Assembly: GCA_004431415.1 (NCBI GenBank)
Contig: QPMI01000683.1
Location: 1-33,583, forward strand
Reading direction: 5' to 3'
Length of the DNA stretch: 33,583 nucleotides
Source of the DNA: Cyanophora paradoxa CCMP329
Lineage: Eukaryota > Plantae > Glaucophyta
Position numbers and translations under genes: made by a program. Below are positions 22,188 through 32,141 of this stretch, one piece after another; position 1 is the first letter of the stretch, and each line of letters starts with the position of its first letter. Under the pieces are notes generated by a model. That model ran no database searches. It saw only the letters and a program-made list of their open reading frames with translations, and was not told the origin of the DNA.

Positions 22188-24752
22188 ATGGCGGAACAGG
22201 AGTTCAACCCGTTCGCAACGCCAGCCCAGCCTGGCGCTGCTGAGGAAGGCGCTGGCCAGGAAGGCGGAGACGCCGATGGCGATGAGCTCATGGACGGCCT
22301 CGGCGAGATCGACGATGCTGGCAACGGCGCAGATCTCGGCGAGCAAGGCGCTGGTGCAGAAGCCGGAGAGCAGGGCGCTGCGGTGAACGCCGGCGAAGAT
22401 GAAGACTATGCCGGCGACGCCGACGACGATGACGCGGCAGGGCCGAGCGGCCCAGTTGTGCGAGCGCCGACGGGCGGAGAGCGACGGGACAAGTCGCAAC
22501 CGATAAACAAGACCTTCCGCGTCCCGAAGTTCATGGTTGCGGTCGTCTTCGAACCGCTCGACCTAGTCCCGACCAAGTACGCGGGGACCCAACTCTGCCT
22601 CAACGGCGACGGGCTAGTCCCACTGAATGAACGCAAACATATGGTTCAAACGGTCCGTCATGACTCGGCCGAGCGAGCTCCCGCCCACGCTGAGAATGCG
22701 CGACAGGTGATCTCAGAACGGAACATCGCCCACGGCGGAGTTCGCACCAACTTCCCCTCAAAGGGGTGCGTCGCAGTACTGGCAACGCCGGACGTGATGA
22801 CAGATGTCACATATGCGAAAGCTCGCAAGGTACGCCCGATCTGACGATACGCCCGTCCCCAAGTCTCCTCGCTCACCCCTCGCAGTGGACCAAGGACACG
22901 GCTGCGAAGCTGCGCGTCGCTACATGCCTCGCGGTGAAATTGCAGAACAAGACGAATCGCCGAGACGAAGTGACGATCTACCAGATCGATTCGCCAGTAG
23001 TGGTAAGACGCCGAGCGAGCCGGAACGACTTCCCCATAACTGTGCATGCGCAGAGAGCCCCGAAACCATGGATGCTGCTCGATGACAAGGAGCACGCGCC
23101 AATGATCCTCATCGACGGCGCCCCGGTGTTCTCTACCAAGGGCGGTCTCCAGCCGGACGGCAACTTCTCCGCGAACACGCGCCGCGATGTGCTTCATCTC
23201 TTCCGCACACTGGCGCGCCAGGTGGAGCACGACGCGACGAAGTCGCTCAAGACCGCGACGCGGGAGAAACTCACGCCGCTGCAAGACGGCACGGTGTGAT
23301 GATCTAACCGGCCACGCGGCGAACGCTAACCCACCGCTGGTACGCAGCTGGAGGCAGAATGCCTCGGCTTTCGAGTCCTCGGATGGGCCGGCACGCCAGC
23401 GGCGGTACAACAGAACATGATCATGCGCGAGCCTCCGCGCATCGCCCTCACCACCGGCAACGTTCACCTTGCCAACAAGTACGTTGCCGCGCACGGCGAC
23501 CGGGGCTGACCTGAGGCTGACAGCAATCCGCGCTCGCAGACTGATCGAACTCAGCAAGGCGAACCTGCTGCGGTTCGAGTCGTGCCCCATCACGGTGAAC
23601 CTCGCAACCGAGGCCCCCGAACTCCACACCTGCGGCACCTTTGTTCTGGCTCTGCATGCGGCGACAGCGCAACTCCCGGTGAGCCGAGAGTCCTTTTTCC
23701 CCTCCCGTCCCCGCGGACGCAGAAGGCTGAAGGCTTGGCAGCTGCCCACCATCCTCAAGGAAGTGGCGCGCAACCCGGCAGAAGTGACGCTGGTCTACCA
23801 CCAATGCAGCTACAGTCACGGCCAGTCACCACCCGACGGCGACGTGCTGCACCTCCTTATCAAGAAGGAGAAGGTGGCTGCCTGGGAGGCGGCGATGAAG
23901 CCCGCCGCGCCTGGCGTGCGCTACTCGTGCGGCGAGACGCTTCACCTCTCAATGCAGGTGGCGGACCACACGGCCTCGCTCTGGCGTGTCCGGCCGCCGG
24001 CGAGCCTCACCCCGAAGGCGCTCCAGAACTTCAGCCCCGCTGGCTGCCGCCGTCACCGCCTCCAAGCCTACTTCGAACACAAGAGCTCGAAGTGCCCCGG
24101 CACGGACTGGAAGCCGCGGACGAGCGGCAAGGCGGACGCTGAGGCGTCAGCAGCGTCGTTGGCTGGCCAGCAGCCGGGCTCAGCAGCCAGCAGCCGCGGC
24201 CGCGGACGCGGCGGCGCAGCAGCTAACGCTGGGCGCGGGCGCAGGAGCAAGCGCCAGGAAGAGGCGGACCCCCGCGAGACGTTCTTCCCCAAGGAGGCCA
24301 AGCGCCCTCGGGTGCTGCAGCCATTTGTACCTCCCACGGCCCCGCCAGCGCCAGCCTGGGGCGGCAGCAGCGCAACGCCGACCGACCTCTTGGCCGTCGT
24401 GGCCGGCGTCCCCGCAGCATCCTGGCCGCCGCTGCAGCTGGGCATAGACTCGGCAGCAGTGACGTCAGCGGCGTTGGCGCTGAGCAGCAACGATACCCGT
24501 GGCCGCAACTCGCGGGGCCGCGGGACGCGTGGACGCGGCGGACCCCACGGCGGGCGCGGAGAACACACTCGGGTGGAGGTGGCGGCGCCTCAACCCCCGA
24601 TCCCCATCCTCTCCCCCCAGCTCCCGGGGGGGTTCCCGGGATTTATGATGCAGCAAACGCCGCAGCAGGTGGCACAGCAGATGCAGATGAACCAGGCGCA
24701 GGCGATGTATTTTGGCGCCATGCTTGCAGCCCAGCAGCCAGGCCGCAGTTAA
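22188..24752 (+). CDS. Spliced gene, ~797 aa, unknown function: acidic N-terminus, globular middle, RG-rich and Q/M-rich low-complexity C-terminus
   Basis: Exons 22188-22829, 22886-23293, 23348-23478 and 23540-24752. Introns of 56, 54 and 61 bp have GT donors (GTACGC, GTGTGA, GTACGT), branch motifs GCTCAC/GCTAAC/GCTGAC and CGCAG acceptors; splicing restores one open frame. A fourth in-frame intron is possible at 23679-23741; alternative ATG at 22164. Confidence 0.8.
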
Positions 24753-25489
24753 AGACTAGAGAGGCCTCGAGGATTGTACGTGCTAGTGTGAAGGACACTG
24801 GCAATTTGTGCGTACAGGCAGGGGAGGGCGGGCCCATGCCGGGGGGGGAGGGGGTAGACTTGGGAGGGGGCGGACAGCTGGAGTCGGGGAGCAACGGAGC
24901 GGGAGTGCCCAGCCAAAGTGGAGGCCTAATCCTCTCTGAACCCCCGGCCCTAGCGGGGCCGGAGGCACCAAGCTCCTCACCTCTCCACTCAGGCAGTACC
25001 ACCCCACCAGCTTTATCACCCTCGCTCCATCCCCACCTATTAGCATAGGACTAGCCCAGGGGTAGAGTTAGATGGATAGCCAGTTATATAGGTATATGTT
25101 TAGGCACAGCACACGAGAGTCCTCATATTCTCTTCCTGGATATAGTTTTCAGTGAGGGTATGGTCGACGTTACGACTTCAGTGTTGTACGGTTGTGCTAA
25201 TGCAAATTTGATAAGTGCCAAATTTTCGATCCTGGACAGGCCTGCACATATTTCCGCGCGCCCTGGCCTCTGCATCCCTGGACATCGATCATGTATGCAT
25301 TCTAGACTCTGTTTAAGCGATTCGCGAGCTCTGCGCATGCGCCTGGCCGCGAGAACCTCGCCCCTCCCCTCACCAATCTCCTCTCAATTTCCTCAGGCCT
25401 CGAGCTCAACTACAGCTAGCTGATTGGCAGCACCACTCCTCCCCTCATTATATTCTCTCTCAGCTCAACCAATTACCATAAATACATAA

Positions 25490-26911
25490 TTGCAAGGGGG
25501 GGTACCCCTCCCTTGCTCCCCTGGTGAATTGGTGCGGCGTACTTTCCGTGTTAGCAATTTTTCTAAGATGAGATTCTTTGCATGCGCTCTCGTATAGGTG
25601 TGATCGCATGGTAGCCGCTGCGAGCGACCGAAAAAAATGCACCGGCGGGGCTGTGCAAACATGTTGAGATAGCACCTCACCAGCTTTTGCTATAAGCGCC
25701 GGACCACGTGCTCCTGATTGCTCTCAATGAGCTTTTCAAACTTTGTCATACATGCATGGGCTCGACAAGAGGCGCGCGGCGTGCTAGGCCGCGTCAAGTA
25801 CCTTTGTACTTGCCAGTCCGAGACTCGATCTGCCACAAACTCCTGAGAGTTTGAGTTTTTGCTGGGTACAGGAAACAGCTGCTTTGCACATGGCACGGCG
25901 CGGAGGCCGAGATCTAGAGCTTGGTTCCGCGCGCGGAGTTGAAGAAGAGGAGTACCAGCTGTGTTCGGAACCGCGCTCCGACCCGCGCGGCTGCCATCCG
26001 TTGCGGCAAGCACTTCGCTTCGCAAATGCACTCGTGAGCAAGTCCTGCCATGCCGTGCGGGGCTGGGCCTCGCCCTGGGCGCGCTGACGTGACGTCTCGG
26101 CGCTGCGCAGGCTGTCCGGCTCTGCCGATCCGCAGGCTGCGCAGGCTGTCCGGCTGTCCGCTCTGCCATCCGCTCTGCCCGCTGCTTCAGCTTGCCCGCG
26201 CGGCTACGACGCGCTTGCCCGCTCGGGCGCCTCGCGCACTCCTCGGCGCCACGCGCGCGTATCTTGATCATGACCCGCGGCCGGCGCTCTGTAGCAGATG
26301 GTGGCGGAGTTGCTCCAAGTACTCCGCGCCGGGTTGGACCTCGCCCCCGCGCCGCCGCTGTCCGCGGCGGGGCGAGCTCCGCCGCCCCGCCCGCTGCCTC
26401 GGCTTCGTCGACTCCAGGTTCGCCCCGCCGCCGCTGCTGCACACGTGCACCTCACCCAGCCGCCGCCGCTGGCCCAGCCCCGGCGCCGCCGCTGTCCGGG
26501 GCGAGCTGACGCCTCGGCTCTGCGCAGGCCTAGGCGGTGTACAGGGCCGGGGGCCCAGCGCCACCTGCCGGTCCGCCTGCTTCCGGGCCCGCCGCCCCGC
26601 CCTCTGCCTCGGGTTCGTCGACTCCAGGTTCGCCCCGCCGCCGCTGCTGCACACGTGCACCTCACCCGGCCGCCGCCGCTGGGCCCAGCCCCGGCGCCGC
26701 CGCTGTCCGGGGCGAGCTTACGCCTCTCTGCGCAGGCCTAGGCGGTGTGCAGGGCCGGGGGCCCGGCGCCACCTGCCGGTCCACCTGCTTCCGGGCCCGC
26801 CGCCCCTGTACCCTGTATTCCAACCCTGAATTTGTACAAGTACCCCCCCTTGCACCTCCGCGCGCGGCCCGCACTTGCCGCACTTGCACACGGCCGGGCG
26901 CGGTCTGCTAG
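25490..26911 (+). mobile_element. Family-C non-autonomous Helentron/Helitron2-like (DINE/HINE-like) element, 1422 bp
   Basis: 15-bp asymmetric inverted repeat TGCAAGGGGGGGTAC at 25491-25505 and 26840-26854; 5' local hairpin 25492-25516; 3' stem CCGCGCGCGGCC/GGCCGGGCGCGG (26858-26903, 11 of 12 pairs); ends GCTAG. It splits host CATAA|TTATATTCTCTC with no duplication. Confidence 0.85.
26343..26805 (+). repeat. ~210-bp GC-rich tandem repeat (~2.2 units) inside element C
   Basis: TTCGTCGACTCCAGGTTCGCCCCGCCG at 26404 and 26614. Confidence 0.9.
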
Positions 26912-27223
26912 TTATATTCTCTCAAGACAACTCCTCTCAGGCCAACTCCTCCCATAATTATATTCCCTCTCAACAGCCCTCCCCTCTTCCTAGACCTTCC
27001 CCACCGACCCAGCGCCTCCTCAAACTCCTCTTAACTTTCTCCCCTTATGCCCTGCAGGAAAAGTGCTCCCATTATTATATTCCATCTCACCAGCCCTCCC
27101 CTCACCTCTCCCTGCCCCACCGACCCAGCAACAGCCACGACGGGCCGCGATGATAAAGGGGGACGCGAGGAGGGCCGCTGAGGCTTCGCCCGATGTTTGG
27201 GACCGGCAGGGGCCCAGGGCTTG

Positions 27224-28506
27224 TAGACGTGACTGGAACCCGGCGAACCGGCGAAATTATTTTTTTTTCCACTCGAGTCCGATTGGTCCAAGCGCCCTGG
27301 TTCGCAACCTCCGCAATGAAGGCGAACGGTCTCCGACGTGACATAGACGTGACTGGAACCCGGCGAACCCGCGCAAAAATCGAATTTCCCTCCAGGATCA
27401 ATTCCGGTATTTATACCCCGGGGCTCGATCGCGAAACTCCAAAAAGTGGGACCCGGTCCCGCGACGAAAACGCGCCAGGGACGCCCCAGAGCGGTCAGAA
27501 TGACAGCCAAGAGCGCGCGCATCGCGACAAGCTCGATTTCGGCCGCCCTCGAAGCTCCAGTCCAGAGAGTCGGCCCAAAATTTGATCCTGCCGGTCCCTC
27601 CCGGTCCAACATCGCGCGCATTCGATGCGTACTGGCGCGCATAGACATAGCAGGGCCTGCGCACTCCAGAAATCCGCTTTTCGAAGCCGGAACAGCGCAG
27701 GAAGGTGCCCGACGTCAAAAATTCGATCCTGCACAGCCCCGGGCAACTTTCCGCGCGCCGACGCCGCGGCGCATGCGCAGATCTAGAGCAATAGTATATG
27801 CATTTCAGATGTAAAAGAAGCTTTCCGCACCGTCTCTAAATGCGCCGGGCCGCGAGGACCCAGCCGTCCCTGAAAATTCGATCCTGGACGGATCTGTGCA
27901 TCTTTCCGCGCGCCCTCGAGTCCTCACCCATGCCCATCGCTACAGTATGCATTTGAGATGTAAACAAAGCCTTTCGCAAGCTCTGCCGCCGCGACAGAGC
28001 ACGAGAACCCAGCCGACGCCAAAATTTCCAGGACTGGCCTAGGCCTGCACATATTTCCGCGCGCCCTCGCCTCCGCAGCCCTGGACATCGATCCTGTATG
28101 CATTCGAGACTCTGTTTAAGCGTTTCGCAAGCTCTGCGCATGCGCCTGGCTGCGAGAACCTCGCCCCTCCCCTTGACAATCTCCTCTCAATTTCCCCATG
28201 ATCAGGACCTCAAGCTCAACTACGGCTAGCTGATTGGCAGCACCATGGCCACTCCTCCTCTCATTATATTCTCTCTCAGCTGCAGCAATTCCCCTTATTA
28301 CATAATAATATTCTCCCAGGACAACTCCTCTCAGGACAACTCCTCCCCTCTAGCTAATTATATTCCCTCTCAGCAGCCCTCCACTCCCCTCTCCCTGCCC
28401 CACCGACCCAAAGACAGCCACGACGGGCCGCGATGATTAAGGGGGAAGCGAGGTGGGCGGCAGAGGCTTCGCCCGATGTTTGGGACCCGCAGGGGCCCAG
28501 GGCTTG
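27224..28506 (+). mobile_element. Family-A body with rearranged 5' part and intact 3' end
   Basis: Ends GGGCTTG at 28506, joined directly to TCGGGCGAAGCCTCT. Confidence 0.8.
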
Positions 28507-30119
28507 TCGGGCGAAGCCTCTTCGGGCGAAGCCTCTTCCGTAGGTCGATTAGCCCTGCCAATTTCGGGCGAAGCCTCTTCCGTTAACACAGCACCCCACG
28601 GACGTTACATTGACGTGACACTTATTTTTGGACTCGAAGCTCCCCTAAGACGACCGCTCTCCCGTGGGCGTCGTGCGAAAATCGATTTTCCCTCCAGGAT
28701 CAATTCCAGTATTTATACCCCGGCTCGATCGCGAAATCCCAAAAAGTGGGACCCGGTCCCGCGACGAAAGCGCGCCAGGGATGTCCCAGAGCGGTCACAA
28801 TGACAGCCAAGAGCGCGCGCATCGCGGCAAGCTCGATCTCGGCCGCCGCTGATGCTCCAGTCGGAAGACTCGGCCGAAAATTGGATCCTGCCGGTTCCGG
28901 CCGGTCCCCCGACGCCCGCATTCGATGCGTACTGGTGCCCATAAACATGGCAGGGCCTGCGCACTCCAGATATCCGCTTTTCGGAGCCGGAACAGCGCAG
29001 GAAGGCACCCGGCGGCAGAAATTCGATTCTGCACAGTCCTGGGCATCTTTCCGCGCGCCCATGCCGCAGCGCATGCACGTATCAATAGTATAAGCATTTC
29101 AGATGTAGAAGACGCCTTTCGCACGGTCTCTAAATGCGCCGGGCCGCGAGGACCCAACCGTCCCCGAAAATTCGATCCTGGACGGACCTGCGCATCTTTC
29201 CGCGCGCCCTCGCGTCCCAACCCATGCCCATCGCTACAGTATGCATTTGAGATCTAAACGAAGCCTTCCGCAAGCTCTGTGGCCGCGACAGGGCACGAGA
29301 ACCCAGCCGACGCCAAATTTTCGATCCTGGACAGGCCTGCACATATTTCCGCGCGCCCTCGCCTCCTCAGCCCTGGACATCGATCCTGTATGCATCCGAG
29401 ATTCTGTTTAATCGATTTATAAGCTCTGCGCATGCGCCTGGCCGCGACAACCTCGCCCGTCCCCTCCACAATCTCCTCTCAATTCCCTCACGGCCTCGAG
29501 CTCATGATCAACTACAGCTAGCTGATTGGCAGCACCACTCCTCCCCTCATTATATTATCTCTCAGCTGCAGCAATTCCCCTTATTGCATAATTATATTCT
29601 CTCAGGACAGCTCCTCTCAGGACAACTCCTCCCATAATTATATTCCCTCTCGGCACCACTCCCCTAACCCTAGGCCTTCCCCACCGACCCAGCGCCTCCT
29701 CAAGCTTCTGTTAATTCTCCCCTTATTATATAGCTAGTTGCATGCCCTGCACAAAAACTGCTTCCCTAATTATATTTCCTCTCACTAGCCCTCCCCTCCC
29801 CTAGGCCTCTCCCTGCCCCACCGACCCAGCAACAGCCACGACGGGCCGCGATGATTAAGGGGGGCGCGAGCGGGGCGGCCGAGGCTTCGCCCGATGTTTG
29901 GGACCCGCAGGGGCCCAGGGCTTGTCGGAAATCCAGATCGGCGAGCGAAATTCCTGTAACGTCCGAGAAACGTCCGTACCCCGTGTTCATCGTGGATCAA
30001 TTCACGCACACACCTCGACAGTGACATCACGCAATTTTCCATCAAGTTCTCTCATGGATCAAATGTCAGACTTGTACGCCGACATGTCCGGACGTCTCGA
30101 GGAATTCCGATCGTGGCTT

Positions 30120-32141
30120 TTAGCCCTGCCAATTTCGGAAATCCAGATCGGCGAGCGAAATTCCTGTAACGTCCGAGAAACGTCCGTACCCCGTGTTCAT
30201 CGTGGATCAATTCACGCACACACCTCGACAGTGACATCACGCAATTTTCCATCAAGTTCTCTCATGGATCAAATGTCAGACTTGTACGCCGACATGTCCG
30301 GACGTCTCGAGGAATTCCGATCGTGGCTTCTCGAGGGAGACCGCTCTCCCATGGCCGTTGCGCGAATATCGAATTTCGGCTCTCCCGTGGGCGTCACGCG
30401 AAAATCGAATTTCTCTCCCGAACTAATCCCGGTATTTATACCCCGGTTCGATCGCGAAACTCCAAAAAGTGGGACCCGGTCCCGCCCGGTCCCGCGACGA
30501 AAGCGCGCCAGGAACGCCCCAGAGCGATACAGAATGAGAGCCGATGGCGCGCGCACCGCTGCAAGCTCGATTTCGGGCGCCGCCGACACTGCAATGCGAA
30601 GAGTCGGCGGAAACTTTGACCCAGCCGGTCCCGCCCGGTCCCGCGACGCGCGCAATCGATGCGTACTCACGCGCATAGACATAGCACGGCCTGCGCACTC
30701 CAGCGATCCGCTTTTCGGAGCCGGAACAGTGCAGGAAGGCACCCGGCGGCAAAAATTCGATCCTGCACAGGCCCGGACATCTTTCCGCGCGCCGACGCCG
30801 CGGCGCATGCGCCGAACAATAGTATACACATTTGAGATGTAGACAAATCCTTCCGCGCGCTTTGCAGATGCGCCGGGCCGCGAGGACCCAGCCGACCCCG
30901 AAAATTCGATCCTTGACGAACCTGCCCATCTTTCCGCGCGCCCTCGCATCCTCACGCATGCCCATCCCTACAGAATTCATTTGAGAGCTTTTCCAAGCTT
31001 TGCGCAAGCACTGTGGGGGCGAAAGAGCACAAGAACCCAGCCGACGCCAAAAATTCGATCCTGCACTGGCCTGCACATATTTCCGTGCGCCCTCGCCTCT
31101 GCAGCCCTCCACATTGATATTATATGCATTCGAGGTACTTTGCAAGATATTCGTAAGCTCTCCAAATGCGCCTGGCCACAGGAACCTCGCTCCTCCCCTT
31201 AATGATGACGAGCTCGAGCTCGAGGTGAGATCTAGGGGGGAAAGGTATATATATGTATATTTCCCTCTAGATCTCACCTCGATCTCGCAATCGATCTCCC
31301 CTTGAGCTCGAGTCTCACCTCGAGCTTGAGCTATTTGTTTTCCCCCTCTAGATCTCACCTCGAGCTCAAGCTCCACCGACCAATATATATATATATATAT
31401 GGCGGCAATGAATAGGAGGCGGCGGGCCGGGGGGGCTTCGAGAAAGCCCAACCTTTCGCACACGCAAGCTTAAGAACCCACGGCTCGGCGGTGTACATGT
31501 ACATGTAGAGGCGCGGCGAAGAGCTGCAACGGCCTGGACTCCGGGAGCGGAAGCGCGGCGCGCAGCCGCCGCCGGGCCGGGCGCCCTGCCAGGCTGGCTC
31601 GCCGGGCGGAGCTCAGCCTCGGATCCGGAGCTCAGCGGCCTGGCGGAATGACTTGGTGGATGGTGAGGAGGCGCCAGGGACGGCGGCGCGGCTCGCCGGA
31701 CGGAGCGGAGGCGCTCGGGGCAGCCGCCGGGCGCCATGGCGCGCCGGGTGGGGCGCAGCCTCGGAGCGCGGCGGCCTTGCGACGTGGCTCAACGGCTTGG
31801 CCGACGGAGCGGAGGCCCCAAGGGCGGCGGCGAGGCTCTCAGGGCGGAGGGTTGCAGCTCGCGGCCGGATGCTTGGCGGGCGGCCGCGGGCCATGGCGGA
31901 GCAGAGGATCGGAACGCTCGGGCGAGGCGGACCCGCAGGCTATAGCTAGGCACTGCGGCACAGAGGCGGCGGATCCGGAGCGGCGTGCAGCCTACGGTGC
32001 AGGGCCAGGTCTACGCCTACGTATATAATACCGAGCGCTGCCCACTTAGCCTCATTGACGCTAAGACAGACTCTCTGAGACAGGGAGGCTGAGATAGCAG
32101 GCATGCATTGGCAGGGCTTACCACACGTGAGTGTGGGCTTG
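30120..32141 (+). mobile_element. Family-B Helitron2/Helentron-like element, 2022 bp
   Basis: 12-bp asymmetric inverted repeat AGCCCTGCCAAT (30122-30133) / ATTGGCAGGGCT (32107-32118); hairpin CCACAC-GTGA-GTGTGG (32121-32136); end GCTTG|T. Its core 30330-31200 is a diverged homolog of the A core. Confidence 0.85.
31210..31400. repeat. Palindromic cluster plus (TA)n microsatellite in element B
   Basis: GAGCTCGAGGTGAGATCTAG (31216-31235) has two inverted partners (~31260-31282 and ~31339-31367); (AT)n at 31383-31400. Confidence 0.85.

Larger units (their letters stand above)
25217..27223 (+). mobile_element. 5'-truncated family-A copy interrupted by family-C element
   Basis: Body at 25217-25489 and 26912-27223; ends GGGCTTG|T at 27223. 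Confidence 0.8.
28549..32141 (+). mobile_element. Composite family-B element: B 5' end, nested A copy (28564-29924), rest of the B 5' 210 bp (29925-30119), then a complete B (30120-32141)
   Basis: Removing 28549-32141 restores CGTAGGTCGA|TGGTGAACG (intact at 17087-17105). Removing 28564-29924 restores GCCAATT|TCGGAAATCC (intact at 30128-30144). Neither insertion has a TSD. Confidence 0.88.

Noticed and set aside
18565-27223. Foldback transposon with long inverted arms around the 22-25 kb gene
   Set aside because: The arms are unequal mosaics of separate A copies with their own termini, and no TSD or transposase is seen. Not fully excluded.
29898-30842. 314-aa ORF with a 70-aa internal repeat
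   Set aside because: It results from the 210-bp duplicated B 5' end (a multiple of 3) and crosses element junctions.
30120-32120. TTA-GCCCTGCCAAT...ATTGGCAGGGC-TTA as a PIF/Harbinger MITE with TTA TSD
   Set aside because: Host sequence resumes only at 32142, after a further hairpin and GCTTG, and rejoins 28548 with no duplication. The inverted repeat is therefore subterminal, not terminal.
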